A stretch of 64,000 bases of DNA from Eledone cirrhosa (GCA_964016885.1 OZ024740.1:96410001-96474000), one strand, 5' to 3'; positions 1 through 12,923 are shown, numbered from the stretch's first letter. The notes: generated from the sequence alone by a model not told the origin. Made by a program: numbers and translations.

Positions 1-440
1 GTGATGGTAGATGTCCTCAGACACAATGCTCGTCAACAGTTTCCACATTACGGGCAGACATGTGATAGGTCTATAGTTGGTAACATCATTACCCTTGATT
101 CGGTCTTTCATTATCAGAACTGTGGTACCTTTTGTCAACCACTCTGGCACCTCACCCGACACCAAGCAGTCATTGAACATGGCCGTCAGCTTCGGGTGGA
201 GGGATGTTAAATGTTTAATCCAATACACCTGCACACCATCTGGGCCTGGTGATTTCCAGTTGGTTAGTTTTTTGGCTTGCCCCTTAAGAGTTTCAACTGT
301 GATATTCAAATCAGTCTGTTGCTGTGCCTGCTCACCGATCTCCCTCTGTACTGTCTCAATCCACCCTGCCTGGGCATTGTGTCTAACATCCTGCTACCAT
401 ATTCCTCTCCAGAATGTTTTAGCTTGTTCCGCCCCAGGGA

Positions 441-1511
441 TCAAGTCGTTGCCTCTTTCTTTCCCTGAAGCTGTCCAAACAGCATCTTCTGGTTGTTGTC
501 GAACATGCGGTTCTGTTTATACTGACTGACTCTGTTCTCGTATCGCCTGATTTTGGCACTCTTTGCTACAATGCGTTGCTTCAATTCCTCTATGATAATA
601 TTTAGCTTTTTACTCCTAGTTTTGTATTTTATTTCCAGTCTATTTTTAGTGCCTATGTTTTTTAGTGTCCCATTCAGTAGTGACTCAAGCTTTCCTATGT
701 CATTTCTCATTTCCCCGATTTGCCCACTCAGTCGCTTCTTCCACCACGGCTCTGCTCTTTCTTGTCTGTTGTTTCCTCTCGCTTTTATACCAAGTAGTTT
801 CCTCACCGTATTTGCTGTTGCTTTGAGGATATTGTTGCACTGGTGAAGACTCCTCGCCTCAAGGTATGGGATGACTTTGTTTACCTTAGCTGTTGTTTCT
901 TTTAACTTTTTCCTGTCTACAAATCTTAGGTTCATAAGTCTCCCACTATCATTGTTCAACTCATCTACCACTAAATTTAGGATGTCAACCGAATCTTGTC
1001 CTAGCCCGTCAGCATTCATCTCCTCAGTGGCCGTATCTCTGTTCCAGGTATTATTTATCTCAGTATTCAGATCATTGTCTGCTTCGGGTGGTTCCTCCGT
1101 TCTCAGGACCTCCTCACCTTCATTTCCCGCCGGCTCGCTTGTCTGGCATACTACACCCGCCATCTCCAAGCCATTCTCTCTGCTCAGTTCCTCCAGTTCC
1201 AGCTCGCTTATCCACCCATTAGTTCTTATTACCCGAGCCTGCCCGGCCAATTTTTGTTCATCTAATTTAAATAAACCAATCTCGTTCCAGATGTTATGCA
1301 TTCGTCTCCTGTAGCCCCTCTCCTTGGGGTCACTTTTCAGGTAGCATTGCATAACAGTTCTATTCAATTCTTTCGTCCAGTTGGTTCTGGCCCCTTTCCT
1401 TCTTCTTCTTCCTCCAACATCAGCAGTATTTGGTTGACAGTCAGGTTCCTGCTGCTGAGCCAGGGGGCACCTGTTGGGTGAGAGTCTGTCACATGACGTT
1501 CTAGTCTCCAT
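441..1511 (-). pseudogene. N-terminal part of R4/Dong ORF, copy 1 (frameshifted into the RT-proximal region)
   Basis: 356-aa ORF. Copy 1 has TTTCCCTGAAG where copy 2 has TTTCCCCTCAAG, so the frame is lost just before the RT region. Confidence 0.85.
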
Positions 1512-2084
1512 TTCACCGTTATTCGAACTGTTTATGTTCGATATTTAAACACTCTTATCGAGGATTGGCGAATGTATGTTTACATAGCCATCTGTGGATC
1601 CGCCGTCCCACTTGGCCCTTGTGTGGCATTATCACCACGCTGTATACGGACACACATAAACAAACAAACACACGGGCAGAAAGGGCCCCAAAAATGAATA
1701 AGCATAAGTTTCATTGTAATGTAGTATTCGAATGTCTGACTTAGTTTTTGTTTTTTAAGTTTTACTTTTTCCCCCCTCTTCTCTGTCCGTCCGCCTGCTT
1801 CTCTCTTCATTCTTATTTTCTTTACGTTTTTGGGGTTTCTTTTTTGGTTTTTGTTTTTCTCTGTTTGTTTTTCTCGTTTTTTGCTGTTGTTGCTGTGCTG
1901 CTTTTGTTGTTTGTTTTTTCTTTTTTCTTTTGAGTCTATCTATATATTTTGATGCCTTCCTCTTTGTTAGTAGTAGGAATTCTATAATGTGGAAGTGGCA
2001 GCCAGCAGAGTCTGGCGGCGTTGGCGATACTGAGACAGTGGTGGTGGTGATCTCGATACCGAGGCAGTGGTGGCGGTGATGCGA

Positions 2085-2724
2085 CCGTATTACTGTAGTG
2101 ATGGTGCTGTAGCGGTGGCAGCAGCAGTGAAGGAGTCAAGGGGTGGTGGCGGCGGTGATGGGATAGTGGTGGTAATGATGGCCGTAGTGAGCGGTGGCGG
2201 TGAAGGTGAAAATGCTGTTGTGTTTAGTGTACACAGATGATGGGGTGGGTGGTGTATCTAGTTTCTGGTGTTGGTGAGTTACGCTGTCCTATATAGTGTA
2301 GCCAGAGGAGAGGAGGGGGGGGGGTTCTTCTTCTTCCATTTATAGCCATTTTATTTTTTTTGGATATACAGTGTACAATACAAAGTTGAATATTTGAATA
2401 TTTGAGCCGTATTACTGTAGTGATGGTGCTGTAGCGGTGGCAGCAGCAGTGAAGGAGTCAAGGGGTGGTGGCGGCGGTGATGGGATAGTGGTGGTAATGA
2501 TGGCCGTAGTGAGCGGTGGCGGTGAAGGTGAAAATGCTGTTGTGTTTAGTGTACACAGATGATGGGGTGGGTGGTGTATCTAGTTTCTGGTGTTGGTGAG
2601 TTTAGCTGTCCTATATAGTGTAGCCAGAGGAGAGGAGGGGGGGGTTCTTCTTCTTCCATTTATAGCCATTTTTTGGGGGATATACAGTGTACAATACAAA
2701 GTTGAATATTTGAATATTTGAGCC
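2085..2724. repeat. Tandem duplication of about 320 bp inside the 5' UTR of R4/Dong copy 1
   Basis: CCGTATTACTGTAGTGATGG starts at 2085 and again at 2407; both units end in GAATATTTGAGCC. The segment is single-copy in element copy 2. Confidence 0.95.
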
Positions 2725-2890
2725 TAATAACAATATATTTTGGGTCCGAATTTTTTTGGGGCTCAAGCCGGGTGCTTTACGTAGCATTTGTACTAAGAGT
2801 TGTTATTTCACAAATGATTTAAATATGTTAAAAATTCAAAACTTACGGGAGCGATTTCATGACCTCCGTCACCTCGTGCGTCTTCTTCCC

Positions 2891-2958
<68 letters not shown>

Positions 2959-2967
2959 GTTGTTATT
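2891..2967. repeat. (TTA)n microsatellite between the two R4/Dong copies (target/tail)
   Basis: Direct reading. A degenerate (TTA)n also flanks copy 2 at about 7691-7727. Confidence 0.97.
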
Positions 2968-3041
2968 CCTTGAATCTCAGTCATCGATGTTGGTTAACTG
3001 GAAAGTCCGTTGGATTGAATATCAAGCCACTACCTGCAGCC

Positions 3042-3731
3042 TCAGATATTCAGGACGTATCGGAGGGTTCTTGCTGTTCCAAGCAAGCATGCCCTTTGAA
3101 GCGTTCCAAAAAGCGTGAAGGGGCCGATTTTCTTTAACCATCCCTGGAAACTGTTGTAGATAGTCCCCAGTGCCCCTATGACAATCGGGATCACTTTGAC
3201 TTCATGGCAGTTCCAAATCCTTTTCACCTCCCACATTAGGTCCTGGTATCGGTTAATTTTCTCCCTCTCCTTCTCTTGCACTCTCTTGTCGAATGGACAG
3301 GCTACATCCACAATCAGACACGATCTTTTTTCTTTGTCCACAACCACCAGGTCAGGTCTATTGTGTTCCAGTTTTTTGTCCGTCTGTATCCTAAACTCCC
3401 ACAGCACCTTCACCTGATTGTTCTCCATCACCGTCTCTGGCCTATGCTCATACCATTTCTCAGAATGTGGTAAATTGTTTACTTTGCACAGGTGCCAGTG
3501 GATCACCCTGCCCATCACATCGTGTCTCCAGCCCTTATAGTGGGTCTGGGCTAGTTGTTTACACTCGGACACAATGTGAGCCACAGTCTCCTCTCTCTCT
3601 CCACAGATCCTGCACAGTGGGCTAGCCTCCTCCTTGTAAATATGGTGCTTCAACCACTTCGTTTTGAGGGCCTGCTCCTGCGCAGCCATTAGCATTCCTT
3701 CTGTAGCCTTATTGAGGTCTCCTCTTCTCAA
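3042..3731 (-). pseudogene. Zinc knuckle and restriction-like endonuclease (RLE) portion of R4/Dong ORF
   Basis: CRICGEREETVAHIVSEC, RHD, NRPDLVVVDK...IVDVACP...EKINRYQDL, IPIVIGALG. Confidence 0.92.
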
Positions 3732-3894
3732 CTAGTTCCATGTCTGTGGATCTCTAAATTCAGTTTTCTCAAAGAAGGTACTATGAAGGGATTTTCCCTT
3801 AAGGCTGCTCTTCCTCCTTGATGTTATTTCCTCCTTGGACATCCCCTGGCCTACAGTCCCCTACTTCAGTACAGTTCTGAGCATTGGCTCCTTA

Positions 3895-5430
3895 CTATAG
3901 GTCACGTATTTGTATAGGTTTTTTTTTCTCCATCTGAACACAGTCCTCTATGCTGATAAGACCTCTTCCACCCTCAGATCTCCTTAGGTAGAGTCTATCG
4001 ACATCACTCCTCTTGTGGAACATGTTGTAGATAGTCAATAGCTTCCTAGTCTTCCTATCCATTTCTTTTTGTTCAGCAACATTCCATCTCAGAATTCCCG
4101 CACTGTACCTAATAATAGAAACAGCTCGGGAATTTACTGCGCTTATGGCATTTCTGCTGTTCAGATGTGACTTCAATACGCTCCTTACTCTCCGAATGTA
4201 TTCAGTTCTTAACAATTCCTTCATTTTTTTGTTCTTTATGCCATCAGCCTCCAGAACGCCCAAATACTTGTATCCTTCCTCAGAGTCAATTTCCTTTATC
4301 ATCTCACCTGTTGGTATCTGGATCCCGTTACTTCTGCTCAACCTACCCCTCCTCATCACAATGACTCTACATTTACCAATACCAAACTGCATACATATAT
4401 CAATGCTGAAAATACGGACAGTGTCAACAAGCACATCCAACTCCTTCTCACTTTTCCCGAAGAGCTTAAGATCGTCCATGAAGAGGAGGTGATTGATGGT
4501 AAGCTCTCCCCTTCCCAACTTGTATCCTGCTCTCACTTTTCGCAGCATAATGGTCAAGGGCATCAGGGCAAGGACAAACAACAGAGGGGACAGGCTATCT
4601 CCCTGGAAGATACCTCTCTTGATCTTCACGCTTCCCAAGGATACTCCAGTTGATGTCAACTCTGTCTCCCAGGACCCCATACTCCTGCCTAGCAACTGTC
4701 TGATGTTATCTGCCACCCTGAAGATCTCCAGGCTTTTGGTGATCCAAGAATGAGGCACCATGTCAAATGCCTTTCTGTAGTCTATCCATCCCATGGCAAG
4801 ATCAGTGTGTCTCCTCCTGCAATTCCCCATTACCATCTTATCAATAAGTAACTGGTCCTTTGTACCACGTGACTTCTTTAGGCATCCTTTCTGTTCGTCC
4901 GGTAACAAGTTGTTTGTGTGGAGGTGATGGTAGATTTCCTCAGACACAATGCTCGTCAACAGTTTCCACATTACGGACAGACATGTGATAGGTCTATAGT
5001 TGGTAACATCATTAGCCTTGATTCGGTCTTTCATTATCAGAACTGTGGTACCTTTTGTCAACCACTCTGGCACCTCACCCGACACCAAGCAGTCATTTAA
5101 CATGGCCGTCAGCTTCGGGTGGAGGGATGTTAAATGTTTAATCCAATTCCCCTGCACACCATCTGGGCCTGGTGATTTCCAGTTGGTTAGTTTTTTGGCC
5201 TGCCCCTTAAGAGTTTCAACTGTGATACTCAAATCAGTTTGTTGGTGTGCCTGCTCACCGATCTCCCTCTGTACTGTCTCAATCCACCCTGTCTGGTCAT
5301 TATGTCTAACATCCTGCTCCCATATTCCTCTCCAGAATGTTTTAGTTTGTTCCTCCTCAGGGATCAAGTCGTTGCCTCTTTCTTTCCCCTCAAGCTGTCC
5401 AAACAGCATCTTCTGGTTGTTGTCGAACAT
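3895..5430 (-). pseudogene. Reverse transcriptase portion of R4/Dong ORF
   Basis: 511-aa ORF with non-LTR RT motifs KSPGPDG, QGDSLSP, FMDD and LYLRRSEGGRGL; frameshift at the poly-T run near 3920. Confidence 0.95.
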
Positions 5431-5552
5431 GCGGTTCTGTTTATACTAACTGACTCTGTTCTCGTATCGCCTGATTTTTGCACTCTTTGCTACAATGCGT
5501 TGCTTCAGTTCCTCTATGATAATATTTAGCTTTTTCCTCCTAGTTTTGTACT

Positions 5553-6446
5553 TTATTTCCAGTCTATTTTTAGTTTATTTTTATTCCAGTCTATTTTTAT
5601 GTTTTTTAGTGTCCCATTCAGTAGTAACACAAGCTTTCCAATGTCATTTCTCATTTCCCTGATTTGACCACTCAGTCGTTTCTTCCACCATGGCTCTGCT
5701 CTTTCTTGTCTGTTGTTTCCTCTCGCTTTTATACCAAGTAGTTTCCTCACCGCATTTGTTGTTGCATTGAGGATATTGTTGCACTGGTGAAGGCTCCTCG
5801 CCTCAAGGTATGGGATGACTTTGTTTACCTGAGATGTTGTTTCTTTTAACTTTTTCCTGTCTACAAATCTTAGGTTCTTAGGTCTCCCACTATCATTGTT
5901 CAATTCATCTACCACTAAATTTAGGATGTCAACCGAATCTTGTCCTAGCCCGTCAGCATTCAGCTCCTCAGTGGCTCTATCTCTGTTCCAGGTATTATTT
6001 ATCTCAGTATTCAGATCATTGTCTGCTTCGGGTGGTTCCTCCGCTCTCTCGACCTCTTCACCTTCATTTCCCACTGGCTCGTTTGCCTGGCATACTCCAC
6101 CCTCCATCTCCAAGCTAATCTCTCTGCTCAGTTCCTCCAGTTCCAGCTCGCTTATCCACCCATTAGTTCTTATTACCCGAGCCTGCCCGGCCAGTTTTTG
6201 TTCATCTAATTTAAATAGACCAATCTCGTTCCAGATGTTATGCATCCGTCTCCTATAGTCCCTCTCCTTGGGGTTACTTTTCAGGTAACATTGCATAACA
6301 GTTCTATTCAATTATTTCGTCCAGTTGGTTCTGGTCCCTTTCCTTCTTCTTCTTCCTCCGACACCAGCAGTATTTGGTTGGTTCCTGCTGCTGAGCCAGG
6401 GACCACCTGTTGGGTGAGAGTCTGTCACATGATGTTCTAGTCTCCA
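5553..6446 (-). pseudogene. N-terminal portion of R4/Dong ORF, copy 2
   Basis: Homologous to 441..1511. An 8-bp deletion near 6380 and a local duplication near 5555-5600 break the frame. Confidence 0.85.
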
Positions 6447-7695
6447 TTTCACCGTTATTCGAACTGTTTAGTTTCGATATTTAAACACTCTTATCGAGGA
6501 TTGGCGAATGTATGGTTACATAACCATCTGTGGATTCACGGTCTCCGGTGGTTGCGTCACTCCACTTGCCTCTTGTGTGGCATTATCACCACGCTGTAGA
6601 CGAACACAAATAAACAAACAAACAAACAGGCAGAAAAAACCCAAAAATGAATAAGCATAAGTTTCATTGTATTGTAGTGTTCGAATGTCTGACCTAGTTT
6701 TTCCTTCTCTTCTCTGTCCGTCCGCTTGTTTCTCTCTTCATTCTTATTTTCTTTACGTTTTTTTTTGTTTTTGTTTTTCTCGCTTTGTTTTTATTTTTTG
6801 TTGTTGCTGTTGTTGCTGTGCTGCTTTGGTTTTGATTTTTGTTTTTTCTTATGAGTCTATTTATATATTTTGATGCCTTCCTCTTTTTTAGTAGGAATTC
6901 TTTAATGTGGTGTTGCTGCTAGCACTAGCAGGAAGGAATGGGAGAGATTAGCGGCGGTAGCGATACTGAGACAGTGGTGGTGGTGATGTCGATACTGAGG
7001 CAGTGGTGGTGGTGATGTGATCGTATTACTGTAGTGATGGTGTTGTAGCGGTGGTAGCAATGAAGGAGTGGTGGCGGCGGTGATGGGATAGTAGTAGTAA
7101 TGATGGATGGGCGGCGTTGTCGTTACTGATGTCCGTTCGGTGCATCTATGGGGTTAGTCGCGTACATGTGTTGACATAAATTCCCTTAATGCTGGAATTA
7201 AACATTTTGTTAGAACTTGGGACAATAATAATAGTATTTATTATTATCATTATTATGTTGAGATTGGTTGTGGTGGTGGTGAAGTTGCCGTTATCTGGCT
7301 GTTGTGTTTAGTGTACACAAAGAGGTGATGGGGTAGGTGGTGTATCTAGTTTCTGGTGTTGGTGAGATTGGTGTTGTTTGGCTGTTCTATATAGTGTAGG
7401 CATATGAGGGGGGGGTCCTTCTTCTTCCATTTATAGCCATTTTCTTTTTTGAATAAACAGTGTACAATACAAAGTTGAATATTTGAATATTTGAATATTT
7501 GAATATTTGAATATTTGAGCATTATAACAATATATTTTGGGTCCGAGTATTTTGGGGGCTCAAGCCGGGTGCTTTACGTAACATTTGTACTAAGAGTTGT
7601 TATTTCACAAATGATTTAAATATGTTAAAAATTCAAAACTTACGGGAGCGATGTCATGACCTTCTAACACCCCGTGCGTCTTCTTCCCTAGTATC

Positions 7696-7727
<32 letters not shown>

Positions 7728-7939
7728 ATTTATATATATATAATTTGTTTGTAAAATAATCAAATTAAATTAATTCAACAGTTAAACACACATAGGAATA
7801 TATAAGGTTGTTACCAAAGAGCCAGAACATTAATGTGACTAATAGCACTAGGAAAGCCGTGGATGACAACACATCTTTTAAAATGTTATGTTGAAAGTAG
7901 GTTTATAATTATTAATTTGATCATACTTATGTAGCTATC

Positions 7940-8010
7940 TTAGCGGCTTAGTTGGCGGTATCATAAATCGTGGTGATCCTATTCTGATGTTCGATCCTGG
8001 TCGGAAGTAT
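7940..8010 (+). other. Degenerate tRNA-like (Pol III A/B box) sequence, probably a SINE head
   Basis: A-box-like CGGCTTAGTTGG and B-box-like GTTCGATCC at tRNA-like spacing; no intact cloverleaf. Confidence 0.35.
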
Positions 8011-8195
8011 GGTTTCCGGTTAACCTTTTCAATTATTTTCAATGGGATGTAAAATAAAAACTGGATAGAGCTGGATAGAGCTGGTCTATTCCATATGGTC
8101 AATCGCAATGTAATAATGTAGAGAGTACTCAACGTAAAGCAGTTCAACCGTCTTTGTTTTTGTAGTTGGTGGTGCTATTACGGAGTTAAATATTT

Positions 8196-8655
8196 TAATG
8201 AAATGACAGGAGGCTGGATTTGTGTAAATCCTTGAAACGTTTATTATACTATGATCATTTCAATGACGGGGTTCCGTATGAATCCGGTGATTTCTCTCTT
8301 CTTCCTCTCTTTCTTTCTTTTGTCTTGTGGCATGAGATTAACGCTAACTTATGTTCCCATCCCTTTCTATTTTCCTATTTCTAACCGGTAGTAGCACACT
8401 GTTAGCTTTAGCCACGTCATTCGAGGGCGACCGGCTAAGGTAGAAGGTGCTGGATAGCGGTCGCCCTCGGGTCCTCGATATTCAGCCCCATGGATTTTAT
8501 CTATTACATTCACGTATTATATTTCGAATACCTGATGATATCACCGGATCCATATGGAACCCGGTCATTGAAATGATCATAGTATAATAAACCTTTCAAG
8601 GACTTACACAAATCCAGCCTCCTGTCATGAAATGACAGGAGGCTGGATGTGTGTC
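8196..8655. mobile_element. ORF-less PLE pseudo-LTR-type insertion with inverted arms (HHR family C)
   Basis: 8200-8292 is the reverse complement of about 8540-8628, with an extra mini-inversion at 8629-8650. Homologous to 21720-21935. Confidence 0.75.
8528..8585 (+). ncRNA. Minimal type I hammerhead ribozyme (family C)
   Basis: ATAC-CTGATGA-stem II (ACCGG...CCGGT)-GAAA-TGATCA (palindromic stem III)-TA^GTAT. Confidence 0.85.
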
Positions 8656-8665
8656 ATTATAATAA

Positions 8666-8997
<332 letters not shown>

Positions 8998-9144
8998 TAA
9001 AAAAACGAAAAATTAGAGATGCATCTGGACTCTGTTTATTGCGTGTTACAATTGGTTCGCTGGCAGGGAGCTGGAGACATGTTCACTGTATGGATCTGGC
9101 TGATTCTACGGCTGCAGGTCCCTTCGGATAATGGCACATTTTCT

Positions 9145-9521
<377 letters not shown>

Positions 9522-9542
9522 ATATATATACATGTATATATA

Positions 9543-9607
<65 letters not shown>

Positions 9608-9618
9608 TATATTTATTA

Positions 9619-9662
<44 letters not shown>

Positions 9663-11381
9663 CTAATATATTCATACTACACTTACGTGTATCTGTTTTC
9701 ACCTCCTGATCTGAAAGTTCCCTGAAGGAATACTTTTGCATGAAATGTTGAAACCTCCCTACTTGTGAAATCTCCCATGTGTAAAATGATATAGATGTGT
9801 GAATTCCGTCCTGGGTTTTATTTGTTTAATTTATTATTCAATGATCATTTTTTGAATACTGGAAATACTTCAACATGTTTCAATGCGTTATATATTTGCC
9901 CGGTAGAATTACATTATCCATTATTCCACACTACTTGATAGTATTTCTTCAGATAAAGTTCAGGGATAGATTATGCTAAAAGTTGGTAGTCTCTTTTTTA
10001 TAGAACTTCGTACATACACCCATACACACAAATACGTATCACATTTTTTCACGCACACATATATCAATTATGCACTTTTGTTCAGGAAGACATGCGTAAT
10101 TTTAAGTATTTCTCTCTCTCTTTCTCTTTCTCTTTCTCTCTCTCTCGCTATCTCACTCTCTCTCTCTATTAGCTAAGATCTTTATTTCCCTTATTACGAA
10201 GCATTTCCCCCCAATACATAAATATAGTAAAATTTTTAATAGAAATACTATTAACATTTCTTACTCTACGACTCCTAAACTTGCACATAACATCACAGCT
10301 TCAAATTTAGCTAAACTACCTAGCCGTAGGAACACGTGAAACCCTGGATTTAGTACTAACTGTAATTGTAGGAATCGGGCTGATTGCCCCCTATCCGGGA
10401 AATACCTCTCTAGTAACATTGTCTACAAATGTAAGGTTGGAACACCCACGTCCCGTAGGGTCTACATAGGGTTAACCGCCAATAGTTTTAAGCAGCGTCT
10501 TTACATGCATACCCATTCTTTTCGTTACCGTCTAAGAAGGGATATGACGTCACTTTCAACTTATATCTGGAGTCTAAAAGTCAACCACACCCAATATAAG
10601 TTACACTGGGAGATCCTAGCCAGGGCTACATCGTATAACGGAAATAAAAGACCATGTGACCTCTGCGCCGCTGAGGCCCTGAAAATACTCTACGCCACAG
10701 ACCACATCTTAAAGAAAAAATCTGAGGCAATTTCGGCTTGTAAACATAAATTGCACAAAACTTTCCTGTATTACAGCCCCACGTTATACCCTAACGGATA
10801 GTACGATCTATACGTGGATATTTTACGTCCTGATGTAGGAGCTAAGTATATGTTTTGTTTATTCCTTTACTTATTTGCATAGGTAAGTATATATTACCTG
10901 TATGTTTTGTGAAGGTTGTATACCTTCTCGTACGTATATTTGATTGTTATGGCGTATCATTTTTATATATTCTGGTATTTAGGGTTTGGCTATGTGTATA
11001 CGGGAGTTTTGCGTCTGCGTGAGTATGCAGGTTCGTACGTATGCTGGGTGTGTGTATATGTGTACTTCTTGTTTTAGTTGACTTACGTCTCCGAACATTC
11101 GTGTATTTATATGTAGGTATGTGTGTGCGCTTGTTATATACGCATTTATTTACTTATATACGTTTATATAATTATTTATTTATTTGTACACAAGCATACG
11201 CACACACACACATATTTATGTGCGTGGTTATATACCTATCGTAAGGTTTTTCGTATGCTTGTGTATGTACGTATTTGTTTGCGTGTATGTATTTATTTAT
11301 TTCTATTACTTCTGTATTGTATTTATTTACTTTGTTCTTAACTCTGTAGCGGAGATTCATTTGGCCTCCTTTGTTAGAATT

Positions 11382-11650
11382 TTAGTCTACGGCTTCTGCT
11401 ATACCATTTACGTGGTTTTGTCTTTGCGTGCTATTGTTCTCTACGCTCCACATATGACTTATCTTCGTTTTTTCGTTCATTGCCAGAGAACGTCTCTATG
11501 CACCACCTAAGAGAACATTAGTCTACGACCTCTTTTATACCATAAACGTGGTTCTGTCTTTGCGCGTAATTGTTTTTCACCGCTCCTTTTAATGACGTAT
11601 TATTCATTTTTTCCCGTTCTTTGCCAGCGAACGTGTCCACGAACCAAAGT
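11382..11650. repeat. Two diverged tandem units of about 136 bp in the PLE 3' region
   Basis: TTAGTCTACG...TATACCAT...CGTGGTT...TTGCCAG recurs at 11382 and 11518; also present at 48830-49130. Confidence 0.85.
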
Positions 11651-11724
11651 ATCGTCTTCCTGTCTTCCTCCGGTTGCAACGTTCTTTGAAATATCCAGTT
11701 CTGCGTCTACATATTGACTTTGTT

Positions 11725-11775
11725 AGTTTCAGAAGATCCCGTTAAGGGTGAAAGCAGCGATTCTTTGCTTAAACT
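11725..11775 (+). ncRNA. Hammerhead-like motif with variant core CAGAAGA (family E)
   Basis: AGTTT-CAGAAGA-TCCC GTTAA GGGT-GAAA-GCAG CGATTCT TTGC-TT^AAACT; all three stems can form. Confidence 0.6.
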
Positions 11776-11791
11776 TTAATCTGTTATTTTA

Positions 11792-11918
<127 letters not shown>

Positions 11919-12923
11919 GCTGAATGAATTCACACAAACGCACACAATATTCCTCCTTCCCCTGTTCTGCCAGTAGTTAATTTGAGAAATCCCAGTACAT
12001 GATTCAATCGGCTACCCGTCCTTTTTCTATGAACAAACACAAACAATAACTTTATTCCGTCCTCCTTCCCATCCCCAATCTTGCCTGAGGAATGCATGGC
12101 CTATGGTGCAATTTCCTTGTCATCCTTTTCATGCTATTGCATAATTGTATTCGCCTCAGTTTATTTTCAGCAGAAGGCATGTCTTTGTTTCTCCACCTAA
12201 TTTGATATTCTGCTTGTTATTTGATGGTAAGTACGTTGTTTTTCCTGGTAGCATATATTCACATCTGGTTAAAAATGATTTGTATTATTTTTTATATTTC
12301 TATCTACAACCACTAGAGCGCACAATGTTTCCAATCATACAATGTTGGTATCATTTTCTGAATCGTAGGGTAACATATTACAGAGTTTGTCTTTTCTACA
12401 CATTACAGAAATAAACCTAAATGTTTCTATCTCAAAACTAAAAGCAATAAAACGGAGTAGATTTGCATAGCACGAGAGATAAAATAGAGCGTAAAAATAG
12501 AGAGGGTTTTAAAAGAATTTAATTTAATTAATTCTCATTTAAATCCTAAAACGAGGCAGCATCATGAATTTAACTGGGGGAAAAAAGAATTAGAACGACG
12601 TGTATGGAGCATGAGATCATAGGGGTAGAAAAGAGAGTTATATATTGAAGTAAACAGGAGAATAGAGTCGATATCCTGATATAGATGACAAAAAAGAGTA
12701 CAGGACGAAGATGATTTGGCACTGTTCCTGATTATATTGTCTTTTTCTTTTTTAGATTGACTTCAAATAGCCAGCGTGGCTAAGGTAATGATAAATAGTA
12801 AATAAGATACGGGCACACGAATGTGGAAAATTCAGCTCACTACCTGAGACGAAGGAATGAGATAGAGCAACATTTAGATGTCAACCTTCCCCTTTCTCAC
12901 TACAATCATCTCTCTCCCTGTCT

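Larger units (their letters stand above)
1..2890 (-). mobile_element. R4/Dong-clade non-LTR retrotransposon, copy 1 (5' UTR, N-terminal ORF and start of RT; continues beyond window start)
   Basis: Highly similar to the 5' part of copy 2. ORF 441..1511 (METRTS...EPWWKKRL...QYKQNRMFDNNQK) has a 1-bp frameshift near 465. The 5' end (TCTTCTTCCC on +) abuts (TTA)n at 2891. Confidence 0.9.
2968..7690 (-). mobile_element. R4/Dong-clade non-LTR retrotransposon, copy 2 (near full length, frameshifted)
   Basis: Contains RT (NYRPITCL, WIDYRKAFDMVPH, GIFQGDSLSPLLF, HLLFMDDLKL, YKYLG), a CCHC knuckle and a restriction-like endonuclease. Short 3' UTR runs into (TAA)n; 5' UTR is about 1.25 kb. Confidence 0.92.

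Noticed and set aside
1505-1600. Possible HDV-like ribozyme in the R4 5' UTR (TCCTCG loop-like motif, P4-like hairpin)
   Set aside because: P3 and P1.1 cannot be paired and there is no correctly placed catalytic C; none was found at the extreme 5' end either.
77-6440. Plus-strand ORFs overlapping the R4/Dong elements
   Set aside because: Antisense shadows of the retrotransposon ORF with no recognisable motifs.
9715-9760. CTGAAGG...GAAA hammerhead-like motif on the plus strand
   Set aside because: Core mismatch and no stem I or stem III closure.
11382-11650. CRISPR-like repeat array
   Set aside because: Eukaryotic context; long diverged tandem units without repeat-spacer organisation.
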